From Bdellovibrionales bacterium (GTDB taxonomy: Bacteria > Bdellovibrionota > Bdellovibrionia > Bdellovibrionales > JAUICD01): DNA of 64,000 nt. The stretch covers positions 1,440,001-1,504,000 of the forward strand of contig OZ241865.1 of NCBI GenBank assembly GCA_965203275.1, given 5' to 3'. A model generated the notes under the pieces. That model saw nothing but the letters and a program-made list of their open reading frames with translations. It did not search any database and was not told where the DNA came from. Positions 20,496 through 31,509 of this stretch are shown here, in pieces. Both the position numbers and the translations under genes were made by a program. Within the stretch, counting starts at the first letter, position 1. Each line of letters begins with the position of its first letter.

Positions 20496-21197
20496 ATGAA
20501 TACAATCAAACTAGAAGTTAAAACACGTGATGTAGGAAAGCGTGCTATCCATGCTCTAAGAAAGACCAAAATGGTACCAGCTATAGTTTATGGAGCTATC
20601 CCTAATCATCCTATTGCTCTTTCAGAAAAATTACTTTTAAAATATTCTCATAAAAAATTTGAAAACACTATTTTTTATTTGCAATGTGATCAAAACACAC
20701 AAGTCCATGACACACCTGTTTTAATCAAAACTATAGAAAGAGACCCTGTGACTCAAAAGCCTTTACACTTAGACTTTTATGCTCCTGACATGAACAAAAA
20801 AGTCTCAGTTCATGTTGACCTAGAATTTGTCGGTAAATCTATTGGTGAGGCAGAAGGTGGAGTACTAGAAATTATGCAAAGAGAACTAGAGTTACTTTGT
20901 TTACCAGGTCAAATCCCTAAACATATTCAAGTACATGTCAACCATTTGAAAAAGGGAGATGTCTATCATATCTCACATTTGAAATTGCCAGAGGGTGTGA
21001 CAGCAGTGACCTCCGTTGATTTGCCTTTATGTGCAGTGAAAGAAGCTAGAAAGGTGATTGTAGAGACTCCTACTGAGAAAAAGGACGCATCCACTGATGG
21101 AAAAGATACAAGCAAAAAAGAAGATCAACAAAAGCAAAAAGAAACATCTTCACCAAAACAAAAAGAAACACCCTCTAAAAGCAAAGCTAAAAAGTAA
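20496..21197 (+). CDS. rplY: 50S ribosomal protein L25/Ctc
   Basis: VPAIVYG, LHLDFY, GGVL motifs; follows prs. Confidence 0.92.
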   Translation: MNTIKLEVKTRDVGKRAIHALRKTKMVPAIVYGAIPNHPIALSEKLLLKYSHKKFENTIFYLQCDQNTQVHDTPVLIKTIERDPVTQKPLHLDFYAPDMNKKVSVHVDLEFVGKSIGEAEGGVLEIMQRELELLCLPGQIPKHIQVHVNHLKKGDVYHISHLKLPEGVTAVTSVDLPLCAVKEARKVIVETPTEKKDASTDGKDTSKKEDQQKQKETSSPKQKETPSKSKAKK

Positions 21198-21385
21198 TTT
21201 TTTAGGGAAATAGACTTTTTTGCCTTATAGCCCTTATAATAGCATGGTATAATTTCTCTTTTCTATTTGAATCACTTGCCTTTAAGCTCAAAGAATTTAA
21301 AATAATACTTTAAAATCTTATTAAAAAATAAAAATGCTTTCTATTTTAAGTGGAGTCCATTTGAATTTATAAATCTCTACACCAA

Positions 21386-22534
21386 TTATTTTATTCTGAT
21401 GATATGAAGTTGCCCTTCATTAGACATTAAATAAACCTTTTGGTCTGCAACATTGACAGGAGCTAAAGTCCCTTTAACTTTATCATACTGCACCTGCACT
21501 TGACCTGAACTTTTATCTAAACCTAGTAAAGGTCCATGGCTTTGCCCTACGTAAACAGTATTTTGAAAGACCATAGGCTTTGTGCCAATAGAGTTCTTTA
21601 AAGAATACGTCCATTGCACTTTCCCTGTGGATTTATTGGCAGACACCACTTCTCCTTGAGATGTAGAAAAAAATATATTATTTTGATATGCTGTAGGATG
21701 TGAAGGGCCTCCCTTTTGAGCAATTTTCCAAAATTCTTTCCCTGTTTGAGGATCCAATGCATACATATCTTGTTCATAGCTGGAAGCATACAACATACCT
21801 TCATTTAAACCTATGTATAAATTTTTAAAACGACTATATAGGGCAAATGATTTTTCCCAAACCACTTGTCCTTGAACTTGTGAAACAGACACAACCGACC
21901 CGTCACTAAAAGCCAGTAAAACGCGATCCCTATAAATAATCGGTTGGCTTCCACCATAAATATTTAAAGAAGGGAAAGTCCCCTTACGTGCATAAACCCA
22001 CTTTTGTTCCCCTGTCCTTGCTATAAAAGCATAAGCAGTGTTGTTTGCTGTCACCACATATAAAATGCCATTGTGAAAAGTGGGAGCTTGTAAAACTTCT
22101 ACTCTTAAATGATAAGACCATACCTCACGGCCATTAATTGCTTCTAAACAATAAAGTTGACCATCTCCTCCACCAAAGTAAAGGTAACCATTGTGAAAGA
22201 CAGCACCTTGCACCCCTCCCTCAATATCCTTACGCCAAAGCTGTCTTTGCGTTTTTTTATCATAAGCGACTAAACCATCTCTAGCATTACCTTGAAAAAC
22301 AAACTTTTCAGTCACAAGAGGTTGCATCAGATGAGATGTTCTGGAGTCTTTGTAAATTTCATCTTTGTATGTATTTTTGATTCCTTGTGGAATAAGCTGA
22401 GGAAGTTGGACTTTGGCTGTTTGCTGTGTGTGTGAACAGGCCATCAATAAAATAAATAACCAAGCATAATGAATCTTCCATTGATTCAACACGCTGAGGA
22501 TATAAAAAAAATATTTATTTAAAAAAAATCCCAT
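21386..22534 (-). CDS. bamB: PQQ-like beta-propeller lipoprotein (BamB-like)
   Basis: LMAC lipobox; repeated A.D..TG...W blades; next to a YfgM-like gene. Confidence 0.7.
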   Translation of the reverse strand: MGFFLNKYFFYILSVLNQWKIHYAWLFILLMACSHTQQTAKVQLPQLIPQGIKNTYKDEIYKDSRTSHLMQPLVTEKFVFQGNARDGLVAYDKKTQRQLWRKDIEGGVQGAVFHNGYLYFGGGDGQLYCLEAINGREVWSYHLRVEVLQAPTFHNGILYVVTANNTAYAFIARTGEQKWVYARKGTFPSLNIYGGSQPIIYRDRVLLAFSDGSVVSVSQVQGQVVWEKSFALYSRFKNLYIGLNEGMLYASSYEQDMYALDPQTGKEFWKIAQKGGPSHPTAYQNNIFFSTSQGEVVSANKSTGKVQWTYSLKNSIGTKPMVFQNTVYVGQSHGPLLGLDKSSGQVQVQYDKVKGTLAPVNVADQKVYLMSNEGQLHIIRIK

Positions 22535-22538
22535 ATTA

Positions 22539-23393
22539 TTATTGACCCTTTTTCATAAGGTGCAAAACCCTTTTAGCTGTTTGACCAGAAGGCAGTTGAG
22601 CATAATCCATACTTAATTTTTCATAATTAGCCCGAGCTTTTGCTATTTCTTGCACTCCTTCAAAGCAAAGACCTTGTTTGAGCAAAGCATCCGCATGTAA
22701 AAAAGACAAACTGTCTACATTAATAATTGTTGACCAAATTTCAATAGCCTCCTGACATTGATGATTTTCTACATAGAGATCAGCTAAAGACATCAGAGCT
22801 ATACTGTCAATCAGTTCACCTACTTTTAAATGCGTTTTGACTTGCTTTAAGGAGTCAAGGGCAGCTTGAAGATTCTCTTGATTTTTATGCAGATCAACTA
22901 AATAGAGAGCTGCTAAAATAGCCCCTTTTGTACCTGCATAATCGTTAATCACATTTTGATAACCTAAACTGATTTCTTCATAGTCTTTTTTTGAAAGAAT
23001 AATTTTTTGTGAAGACTTTTTTTGCAAAAGCTGATCTACTTGAGAAGGAGAGTCGGACTTTTTAGCATCTCCTTCTGTTTTCAAAAGAGCTTTTTTCTGT
23101 AAGGCGTCCCATCGAGCAAAAGATAGATAGAGCTGATTTTGTGCTTTTTTCTCACTCTCACCTTGATAGTATTGACTTACAGCAAGAAAGCTTATTGTCA
23201 ATATCAGCAACAGACAAATAATAATAAAAATGGGCTTTTGCTCATATAAAAACTGTATAATTAATCGAGAGGTCTTTTGAAAAGAATCATGTCTTTTAGA
23301 AAAAGGAACCCCTAAACTATTAGAAGTAGACTGAGAAGATGGATTCTGATCAGAGGTAGGCCCTTTATGAGGGTTTTTTGATGATTTTTTCAT
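22539..23393 (-). CDS. Membrane-anchored TPR protein (YfgM-like)
   Basis: Single TM then TPR repeats; directly upstream of the bamB-like gene. Confidence 0.7.
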   Translation of the reverse strand: MKKSSKNPHKGPTSDQNPSSQSTSNSLGVPFSKRHDSFQKTSRLIIQFLYEQKPIFIIICLLLILTISFLAVSQYYQGESEKKAQNQLYLSFARWDALQKKALLKTEGDAKKSDSPSQVDQLLQKKSSQKIILSKKDYEEISLGYQNVINDYAGTKGAILAALYLVDLHKNQENLQAALDSLKQVKTHLKVGELIDSIALMSLADLYVENHQCQEAIEIWSTIINVDSLSFLHADALLKQGLCFEGVQEIAKARANYEKLSMDYAQLPSGQTAKRVLHLMKKGQ

Positions 23394-23470
23394 AAGTACC
23401 TTACTTTATTTAAAGTCTTTGTGATAAATATATATAATAAAGATAAAAATTTAATTGTCAAGGGTTAAAG

Positions 23471-24667
23471 ATGATAAAAAATAAGCTTTATGTTGTAGGG
23501 ATTATGAGTGGGACAAGCCTCGATGGGGTTGACTTTGTCCTCTGTCATATTCAGAGATCGTCTAAAAACAAAGCCTTGAAGGTTCAATTTTTAGATAGAG
23601 CAAGCTCTAATTTTCCTGCATCTCTTTATCAAAAACTTCAAAAAGCTACAAAGCATTTAATGCCCTTAGATCAATTATCAGAGTTAGATTTTGCATTAGG
23701 GCAGTTTTATGCTCATCAGCTATCACAGCATCAAAAGCAAAAAAAATGGCACATAGACCTGATAGGATTACATGGGCAAACAGTTTATCATCACGGAAAA
23801 CATGCTACTTTACAGATCGGTAAGCCTCATTTTTTAGCTACTCAGTTGGGTGTACCTGTTGCTTCTGATTTTCGTTCTATGGATATTGCTCTTGGAGGGC
23901 AAGGGGCCCCTTTAACTCCATTTTTTCATAAGGAGGTCCTGGCAAGAGAGGCTTTTAAGCGGATGTCCCGTCTGTTCAAAAACCATCCTATTGCCATTCA
24001 AAATATCGGAGGAATTGCCAATGTGACCTTTATTTTAAATGACAGAACGATAGCTTATGATACAGGTCCAGGCAATGTTCTGATAGATGCTTTTATGCAT
24101 AAAACAACTCAAGGGAAAACTCACTATGATCAGGATGGTCAGTTAGCCTATCAAGGTATTGCTAATATTTCTGCTCTCAAAAAATGGATGCAAAGTCAGT
24201 GGGCTTTACAAAAGTCTCCTAAAAGCTTTGATAGTAAGCTTTTTAAAAATATTTTAACTTCATACTTTAAAGATATTCAAAAAGATTCTCTACCTGATAA
24301 GGTAGCTACCTTAACTGAATTAACAGCTAGGACAATAGCCTATTCTTATAAAAGGGAGCTACCTTGTATGCCCAAAGTTATTGTGTTGTGTGGGGGAGGA
24401 GCTTTAAATAAATACTTGATACATCGTATTAAATATAATTTTTCGAGTATATTTGAAGATAATGCATTTCAGGGTGCCTTGCCTGAAGTGATCACATCAG
24501 AGCAGTTAGGTTGGCCTATTGAGGCTGTGGAAGGCGGAGCTTTTGCACTTTTAGCAGCTTTTTGTTATTGGAACAAACCTGTGATAGATGCACAAGTAGA
24601 ACACTTTCATTTCAAAAAGAAACAACCTCAAGCTATTTTAGGTAGCCTTACACCCTCGCCTCTTTAA
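23471..24667 (+). CDS. anmK: Anhydro-N-acetylmuramic acid kinase
   Basis: GIMSGTSLDGVD, HGQTVYH, GGQGAPL, NIGGIAN, DTGPGN. Confidence 0.95.
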   Translation: MIKNKLYVVGIMSGTSLDGVDFVLCHIQRSSKNKALKVQFLDRASSNFPASLYQKLQKATKHLMPLDQLSELDFALGQFYAHQLSQHQKQKKWHIDLIGLHGQTVYHHGKHATLQIGKPHFLATQLGVPVASDFRSMDIALGGQGAPLTPFFHKEVLAREAFKRMSRLFKNHPIAIQNIGGIANVTFILNDRTIAYDTGPGNVLIDAFMHKTTQGKTHYDQDGQLAYQGIANISALKKWMQSQWALQKSPKSFDSKLFKNILTSYFKDIQKDSLPDKVATLTELTARTIAYSYKRELPCMPKVIVLCGGGALNKYLIHRIKYNFSSIFEDNAFQGALPEVITSEQLGWPIEAVEGGAFALLAAFCYWNKPVIDAQVEHFHFKKKQPQAILGSLTPSPL

Positions 24668-24757
24668 ATTCGGTTGAGGTTGTAAGCATTTAATTTTATT
24701 GTGGGTTTTTAGACTTTTTGCGATAAATTATTTTAAGTCCTTAAGTGAAAATGACCA

Positions 24758-25153
24758 CTAAAGAGTTTGGTCAAAGATAAAATGAAGCTTTTTTCTACGA
24801 CTCTCTTTAGCCTTTTCAACAAAATAGATTAAGTCGTCTATGATCTGATAATCTCTATTATTTAAAAAATGAAATTTCACTCTTGCTCCACGTGAGTCAG
24901 TTGAAAGCACAGAAGCTTGAAGTATGCGTTTACGCTCTCCTAATACCAAAACAATAGAAATTTTATCTTGTGATTTCAAGGCTTTTTTAGAATCCCTACT
25001 TATTGGATTTTTAGAAGGTATTGATGGGGTTGATAGGTAGGCTTCAGAATTATTAATATGTCTTAATTGCCCACAAGTAAAATCCCTTGCATAGACTTTT
25101 TTGTATTCTACATTTAAATAGGCAGGAAATAAATCTTGTTGTTTTTCTATCAT
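24758..25153 (-). CDS. PilZ-like domain protein
   Basis: LRHINNSEAYL...GARVKF beta-barrel pattern; sigma28-like TAAT-N15-GCCGAATA upstream. Confidence 0.55.
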   Translation of the reverse strand: MIEKQQDLFPAYLNVEYKKVYARDFTCGQLRHINNSEAYLSTPSIPSKNPISRDSKKALKSQDKISIVLVLGERKRILQASVLSTDSRGARVKFHFLNNRDYQIIDDLIYFVEKAKESRRKKLHFIFDQTL

Positions 25154-25319
25154 AATGTTTCCCTTTTTATTTTATTCGGCAGCCTACAATAAAAAATTAA
25201 AAAGAAAGTAAAATATTTATAAAAACCCTCCGTATGCCTAGGATAAATATTGATTTCACAGAGTATTTGATTTAAGTTATAGCTTACTTTAAATGAAATA
25301 AAAGGCACAAATAACCAAA

Positions 25320-26057
25320 ATGAGAAACGATCAAAGAAATTACTTACAACTAAGGCCTATTCAGATCCGTCCTCAACCTATCCGTTATGGGGAAGGAGGA
25401 GTTGAGATCGCTTATGGTCACACAAAGGTACTGTGCATAGCTTCTATAGAAGACTCTTTACCTAAGTGGTTTTTAGAATCTCATCAAGGTGGTTGGGTCA
25501 CAGCAGAGTATGGCATGCTCCCTCGCTCGACACATACTCGGATGAAAAGAGAGAGTATTTTGCCTGCTGGCCGAACTCAGGAAATATCTCGGTTAATTGC
25601 TCGTAGCCTCAGAGCTGTCACAGACCTCAAAGCTCTTGGAGAACGTAAAGTCATTGTGGACTGTGACGTTCTTCAAGCAGATGGTGGAACACGAGCTGCC
25701 TCTATTACAGGAGGCTTTGTAGCTCTTGCTTTAGCACTGCAATCTCTGGTAAAAGATCAAATCTTACCTACCATCCCTCTAAAAAACTATTTAGCAGCTG
25801 TAAGTGTAGGACTTTCAGACAATCAGGTGCTTGTAGATTTGAATTATGAAGAAGACAGTAGCATTGAAACTGACATGAATATTGTGATGACAAATGATCA
25901 GAAATTTGTAGAAATTCAAGGTACAGCCGAAGGACAACCTTTTGCACATTCACACCTGACAGCTATGATAGAGGTAGCCAGTAAAGTGATGCCTTCTATT
26001 TTCCAAGCCCAAGAAGCACTTATAAGTGATTTTTTCCCTCTCAAAAAGATGAGCTGA
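25320..26057 (+). CDS. rph: Ribonuclease PH
   Basis: GWVTAEYGMLPRST, DCDVLQADGGTR, VEIQGTAEG. Confidence 0.96.
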   Translation: MRNDQRNYLQLRPIQIRPQPIRYGEGGVEIAYGHTKVLCIASIEDSLPKWFLESHQGGWVTAEYGMLPRSTHTRMKRESILPAGRTQEISRLIARSLRAVTDLKALGERKVIVDCDVLQADGGTRAASITGGFVALALALQSLVKDQILPTIPLKNYLAAVSVGLSDNQVLVDLNYEEDSSIETDMNIVMTNDQKFVEIQGTAEGQPFAHSHLTAMIEVASKVMPSIFQAQEALISDFFPLKKMS

Positions 26058-26171
26058 GCCATAGTTTATAATGTGTATCCTAAATCAGAAAAATCAATAA
26101 TACATTCCTTTACATCCTTGACTTTTGTTGAATATGCGTATATACCATTTCAATATTTAAAAGGGTTGACT

Positions 26172-28664
26172 ATGAAAATTCAAAGGCATTTTACGTTTTG
26201 TTTTATCTTTTTATTATTAGCCTCTTATGTGGAAGGAAGTATCCTAAAAGATGATCAGGACTCTTGTACCCAGTCTCTTATGGCCCATGTAGGTTTATCC
26301 ATGTCGCCTGCACTTAATGACAAAATGGCTCAATATGTTCGAGGTGTTCTATTCGAACACTCTAATGGTCAAGGGTTTTATCCTTTATTTAAGCTCAATC
26401 AAAATTCCCCTGGACTTCATTTTAAAAGCACTCACTTTAGTAATGTCTATGAACTAGATCAACTACCAGCCTTATTTTTAACTACGACTATTTTAAAGTC
26501 CCTGTCCCATACAATACACATAGAAGTTCTCAAAAAAGTATGGAAGCACACGACTATTTATGATATCAATGGTCATTCACTCAAAGAAGAATCAAAGCCT
26601 TTAATAAGTAATATGTTTAGAGAGTACAAGCAGGGCATAAAGGATCATACTTTTCATAATCCTTATTTGCTTTCATTAGAGTTACGTCATTTATTTGCAT
26701 TATTAAAAGACCCTCATTATAGTAGTTATCTCACACTCAATAGCTATGGTAGAAACATTACAGGGTTGATCTCTTATAAACCTGGAAATGCTGTATTTAA
26801 TAAAAAAAACATTGAAATAGAAGACTTTTATATCTTTTTTGAAACATCTCATCGTTTGTATGTTTTCTTGACGGAACCCAAACGCAATTTATCTATGGTT
26901 GTTTTAGCTTTTCAAAAAACCTCAGATAGATCTTTAACTGATTATGTTTATTACAATCACTTTGAAGCACTTCAAATGTATCTAAAAACTGCATCTAGAT
27001 TATATAACAAAATAGATGAGAAAAATATCATGGACGTAGTAGACAATCGTTTTGCCTTTTCTTTTAATGATGATTGGACTAGTCAAATGATGTATCGATT
27101 GCAAGAAGCTCTCATAACACTTGATATGAAGCCCAATGAAGTGATTGCAGATGTTTTAAGATTATGGAATAATTCTATTTTTGAAGATCAAATGTATGAT
27201 ATAAAAATACAAACTCTCCTTAAAATAGCTCATTTTTTAGGGGTAGATATATTCACTCTTATTAGCAATGTAGATTTAAAGCCTTTTATTAAAGTTAATG
27301 AAACACCTTTATCTTCTCAAGAGCTTTACCAATTAGAGAAACTAATCAGTCAAAAGCTCAAAACAACTATTGTTGGTAACTCTCGCTTAAATATGGTACA
27401 AATGTCTGATCATCTCAACATCTCTCTTCGCTTATTAGAAAATATTATCTACCGCTACCATCTTCCACTTTATTCTATATTGAGAAACATGTTGAAAGCA
27501 CTTAATATTAATGTTGAAGTTTTTTTTCAGAATATTCATTTAAGTAAAGTGCAAGAAGAAAATGAAAAGCCACAACAAAAATTAAGTAAAACAACAGAAG
27601 AGCAAACACAAAAGTCAAACAATGCAAAGCAAGCTATTGATGTGACAGGTGTTCAAAAACAATCAAATGACATAAAGCACATTCAGTTCATCAGCAACCG
27701 TATCAAAAAAGCAACATCTGTATCTCTTATAAAGATTCCTTACTTAGAGAGAAACAAATTATTAGCAGTGAGTTTATTTCTATTAGACAAACAAAATCCT
27801 TCAATGAAAACTTTATTAAAAGCAAAATATTTAGCAGGCATCACTCTGTCTGAGTTGATTGGACAGGATCCTCTCGAAAATATAGTAGACCCTAAAAAAG
27901 CCAGAAGGGATCCTCTCTCTAATGACTACATAGAAAAGGCTTATAAGCTTTTTGCTTATTATCTTGGCAAACAGATTATGCAATTGAATCTTTCTTTAAA
28001 AGAAGTAGCTAAGATGACAAATGTTCAATATGATACACTCAGATCATTCTTTCAAAGAGGTAAAAAATCAAGATATTTATTTTTTGTTCAAATGGCTGAA
28101 GGATTGAATTTTTCTTTAATTGATCTTTTTAAAAACCTAGAGAAAGATATTTTACAAATAGATCTCATGGATTTAAAACTTGATATTCCAATTGATCATA
28201 ACCAAGCCATTGCAAAACAAGAGGCCTTGCGATTAGGTGATCGTATTCATCAAGTTATTCAATTAGGATATATATCTAAATCGGAGGCTAAAATGATGGG
28301 ATTAAGAAAAGACACATTGAAAAATGGAACATTTAAAATACTAGCGGTTATAAGTCTTATTCGTTCTTTATGTATTTCTTTTAAGCAACTTTCTGAGGAT
28401 CAAGATATTTCATCGGCCATCAATCTAAAATGCAACAAAAATAAAAATAAATTGAAACCTTCTGCTAGTCAGAAATTTTTACATCGTTTAAGACAGCATC
28501 TTAAGCAAAAAATGAGAGAAGCACATAACTCACAATCTGATCTTGATATTGAAAAATCAGTCGATCAACAATATAGTAGCATTCATGCCACCTATTATAA
28601 ATTAGCACTTACAGCTATTTATCTTGATACAACGACAACTGCACTTTTAGACGAAATGGATTAA
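26172..28664 (+). CDS. Signal-peptide-bearing protein with multiple XRE/Cro-like HTH domains
   Basis: Likely start MKIQRHFTFCFIFLLLA; repeated patterns such as LSLKEVAKMTNVQYDTLRSF and TLLKIAHFLGVDIFTLI. Confidence 0.55.
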   Translation: MKIQRHFTFCFIFLLLASYVEGSILKDDQDSCTQSLMAHVGLSMSPALNDKMAQYVRGVLFEHSNGQGFYPLFKLNQNSPGLHFKSTHFSNVYELDQLPALFLTTTILKSLSHTIHIEVLKKVWKHTTIYDINGHSLKEESKPLISNMFREYKQGIKDHTFHNPYLLSLELRHLFALLKDPHYSSYLTLNSYGRNITGLISYKPGNAVFNKKNIEIEDFYIFFETSHRLYVFLTEPKRNLSMVVLAFQKTSDRSLTDYVYYNHFEALQMYLKTASRLYNKIDEKNIMDVVDNRFAFSFNDDWTSQMMYRLQEALITLDMKPNEVIADVLRLWNNSIFEDQMYDIKIQTLLKIAHFLGVDIFTLISNVDLKPFIKVNETPLSSQELYQLEKLISQKLKTTIVGNSRLNMVQMSDHLNISLRLLENIIYRYHLPLYSILRNMLKALNINVEVFFQNIHLSKVQEENEKPQQKLSKTTEEQTQKSNNAKQAIDVTGVQKQSNDIKHIQFISNRIKKATSVSLIKIPYLERNKLLAVSLFLLDKQNPSMKTLLKAKYLAGITLSELIGQDPLENIVDPKKARRDPLSNDYIEKAYKLFAYYLGKQIMQLNLSLKEVAKMTNVQYDTLRSFFQRGKKSRYLFFVQMAEGLNFSLIDLFKNLEKDILQIDLMDLKLDIPIDHNQAIAKQEALRLGDRIHQVIQLGYISKSEAKMMGLRKDTLKNGTFKILAVISLIRSLCISFKQLSEDQDISSAINLKCNKNKNKLKPSASQKFLHRLRQHLKQKMREAHNSQSDLDIEKSVDQQYSSIHATYYKLALTAIYLDTTTTALLDEMD

Positions 28665-28937
28665 GTTTAAATATTAAGATATTAAGAGAGAATAACTAAT
28701 AGGAGGATGCTTATTTTTCCGTAGCGGTTATTTTCAGAAAGCTTAGGCATGTAACATACTAAAAACTCTTGTTTTTTAAGATCATGTATGGAGGGACTAT
28801 AAGATAGTCCATCGCTATTGCTTTTCTATTTATTTTATTATAGAATCTATTTGTAAGGATGTGAGTTGATTTCGAAAGTTGATGTGTTAATGATATAATT
28901 TTATAAAATTCATAATAAATTTCATAAAAATAACAAA

Positions 28938-29279
28938 ATGATGGGGATCAACATGATACAAATTTCTGAGCTGGCAGCAAAACAAATTGCCCAGTTGAAA
29001 AATCAAGACAGTCACTTAGATGCTTTTTTAAGAGTTTCTGTGATGGGGGGAGGATGCTCTGGAATGTCTTATAAAATGAAATTTGACACTCAAACCAATG
29101 AGAAAGATCATATTTTTGAAGATAAAGGTGTTAAGTTGGTTATCGACTCTAAAAGTTATCTGTATCTTGTAGGTACAACTCTTGATTTTGACGGAGGTCT
29201 TAATGGACAAGGGTTTAGTTTTCAAAATCCCAATGCTTCTAAAACTTGTGGTTGCGGATCTTCTTTTTCCGTAAAATAA
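28938..29279 (+). CDS. iscA: Fe-S cluster assembly accessory protein (HesB/IscA/ErpA)
   Basis: GGGCSGMSY and NPNASKTCGCGSSF. Confidence 0.9.
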   Translation: MMGINMIQISELAAKQIAQLKNQDSHLDAFLRVSVMGGGCSGMSYKMKFDTQTNEKDHIFEDKGVKLVIDSKSYLYLVGTTLDFDGGLNGQGFSFQNPNASKTCGCGSSFSVK

Positions 29280-29301
29280 AATTTATAAAAGAGGGATCAT
29301 T

Positions 29302-30357
29302 ATGAGCAGTACAGAAGATAATCCTATCGGCATTTTAGGTGTTGAATTTTTAGAGTATGCCACTCCAGAAATCAAAAAACCTTCCTCTGCATTAGATCAT
29401 TTGTTTCATTCTTTTGCTTTTGAAAAAATAGCGTCACATAAGGAAAAAAACATTCACCTTTATCATCAAGGCCATATCCATTTTATTGTGAACCATGATG
29501 CAAAAGGCTTTGCTGCAAAATTTAAAGGAAGGCACGGTCCTTCTCTCTGCTCTATGGCTTTGAGAACAACCAATGCACAAGAAGCACTTAAAAAAGCCAT
29601 TGCCAGAGGTGGCAAACCTGTTAATGAAACACTAGACTATAATTGGCCTGCCATCTACGGCATTGGTGATTCTGTTATTTATTTTGTAGACTTTCAAGAT
29701 AGAGACTCTCATTTATATGAAATTTACGAACCCTTATTTGACATGCACAAAACATCTTTTATAGAAGGCTTTGGACTTCAAAGGATAGATCATCTTACAA
29801 ACAATGTTCCTCAAGGTGCAATGTTGAAGTGGCAAAGTTTTTATGAAACTGTTTTTAACTTTAAAGAAACCCGTTATTTTGACATTCGAGGTGAAAAGAC
29901 AGGGTTGCTCTCTAAAGTAATGACCTCACCTGGAGGTTCTGTCGTGATCCCTATCAATGAACCCACTGATTCTAAAAGTCAAATCCAAGAGTACTTAGAT
30001 GAATACAAAGGTTCGGGTGTGCAGCATATTGCCCTTGCTACTTCAGATATTATTCATGCGGTGGCTTCCTTACGTAAGGCAGGAGTAGAATTTTTAGATG
30101 TACCAGACACCTATTATGAAGCTTTGCCTCAAAGGCTTCCAAATTTAACAGAAGATATTCATACGCTCAAAGATTTGAAAATACTAGCTGATGGAGATGA
30201 CCAAGGTTATCTATTACAAATTTTTACAAAAAACATTATAGGACCTATCTTTTTTGAAATCATTCAAAGGAAAAACCATGATGGTTTTGGAGAAGGTAAC
30301 TTTCAAGCTTTGTTTGATGCAATAGAAAGAGATCAAAAAAGACGTGGCTATCTGTAA
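29302..30357 (+). CDS. hppD: 4-hydroxyphenylpyruvate dioxygenase
   Basis: IDHLTNNV, SQIQEYL, GVQHIAL, FFEIIQRK..GFGEGNF. Confidence 0.95.
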   Translation: MSSTEDNPIGILGVEFLEYATPEIKKPSSALDHLFHSFAFEKIASHKEKNIHLYHQGHIHFIVNHDAKGFAAKFKGRHGPSLCSMALRTTNAQEALKKAIARGGKPVNETLDYNWPAIYGIGDSVIYFVDFQDRDSHLYEIYEPLFDMHKTSFIEGFGLQRIDHLTNNVPQGAMLKWQSFYETVFNFKETRYFDIRGEKTGLLSKVMTSPGGSVVIPINEPTDSKSQIQEYLDEYKGSGVQHIALATSDIIHAVASLRKAGVEFLDVPDTYYEALPQRLPNLTEDIHTLKDLKILADGDDQGYLLQIFTKNIIGPIFFEIIQRKNHDGFGEGNFQALFDAIERDQKRRGYL

Positions 30358-31315
30358 TCATAATGGTTTATTCACAATCATTGCTTTTGTCTTGACTTGT
30401 TTTTGTCTGACTCAACATATAGTAGCATTGGAATCTTCTGATCATCTCTTAGCACAAAATAAAACCAGTCAAAATAAAAAGAACAAAATCGTTATAGATG
30501 ATATTTCTTATGGTGAAATGGTCAGGGAGCAGAGAACAAATAACCCCAAACCTCTTATACTGCCTTATCGTCAAAGGAGAAAAACATGGGGTGCAACTTT
30601 GTCACTTGGTTATTCTCTGTGGAATCCTGATAATTATGTGTCTTTTTTTAGAGTTACTCCACAGCCAGGGCAACCACAGCCTCAACAGCCACAAGGTCAA
30701 TCGTTTGAAAGTTTATATGGATCGCCCTCCATTGGATATATTTCATTTTTAGCTTCTGTTAAATTAAATAATCCAATGGGTGCATTTTCTTTAGGCTTAG
30801 GGGCTGGTTATTATGGCAACAGAAGTGAAGATGAAAATTTACGTTTGCACGTCATCCCTCTTGTGTTAGAGGCGACGTTGACAATAGACACTGTAATGAA
30901 AGAGCCTTACGTTGCTCCATTTGGTGGTGTAGGCTTAGCATACGTAACCTTTATAGAAAGCCAAACATTAGCGTCGCAGGGTAATCCTAACCCTGGTAAC
31001 CCCGGTAATCCTGACAACCCTAATCTTCCAGAAGATGATGGAACATTGCGAGAGAGGGCAGGTCAATTCGCTTTGTATTTTAATGCAGGTCTTCTTATTC
31101 AATTAAATTGGCTAGAGCCAAGTGCAGCAAGGTCATTATATTTAAGTGGTGTTGAAAATACTTACATTAAAGCAGGTGTTATGAAGTTTTTCAGAAATAT
31201 TAATTTTAGAGGGGATGCACCCACAAACCCTAATAATGATCCAAGTATTAATAATGAGAATAAAGACCTCATAAGTGATCTTACTTTTTATCTTGGCCTT
31301 CAGCTTGAGTTTTAA
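30344..31315 (+). CDS. Outer-membrane beta-barrel protein
   Basis: Signal peptide, amphipathic strands, C-terminal YLGLQLEF. Confidence 0.7.
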   Translation: MAICNHNGLFTIIAFVLTCFCLTQHIVALESSDHLLAQNKTSQNKKNKIVIDDISYGEMVREQRTNNPKPLILPYRQRRKTWGATLSLGYSLWNPDNYVSFFRVTPQPGQPQPQQPQGQSFESLYGSPSIGYISFLASVKLNNPMGAFSLGLGAGYYGNRSEDENLRLHVIPLVLEATLTIDTVMKEPYVAPFGGVGLAYVTFIESQTLASQGNPNPGNPGNPDNPNLPEDDGTLRERAGQFALYFNAGLLIQLNWLEPSAARSLYLSGVENTYIKAGVMKFFRNINFRGDAPTNPNNDPSINNENKDLISDLTFYLGLQLEF

Positions 31316-31317
31316 AG

Positions 31318-31452
31318 TTTAAGTTTTTAATTTAGTTTTTTTAATCTAAGTTTTTAATCTAAGTTTTCGATTCTTCTTTTAATCTTTTTATCTTATTTTT
31401 TAATCTCATTTTTTAATCTCATTTTTTAATCTTATTTTTTAATCCTATTCTT
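31318..31452. repeat. Degenerate ~14-nt tandem repeat (TTTTTTAATCTCAT-like)
   Basis: Repeated ttttaatct(c/t/a) units between two genes. Confidence 0.65.
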
Positions 31453-31509
31453 TAAAAAAGATTTTTAAAAGGACCTGGCAAATAAATCTTATATTTTGCT
31501 TAACAATAT

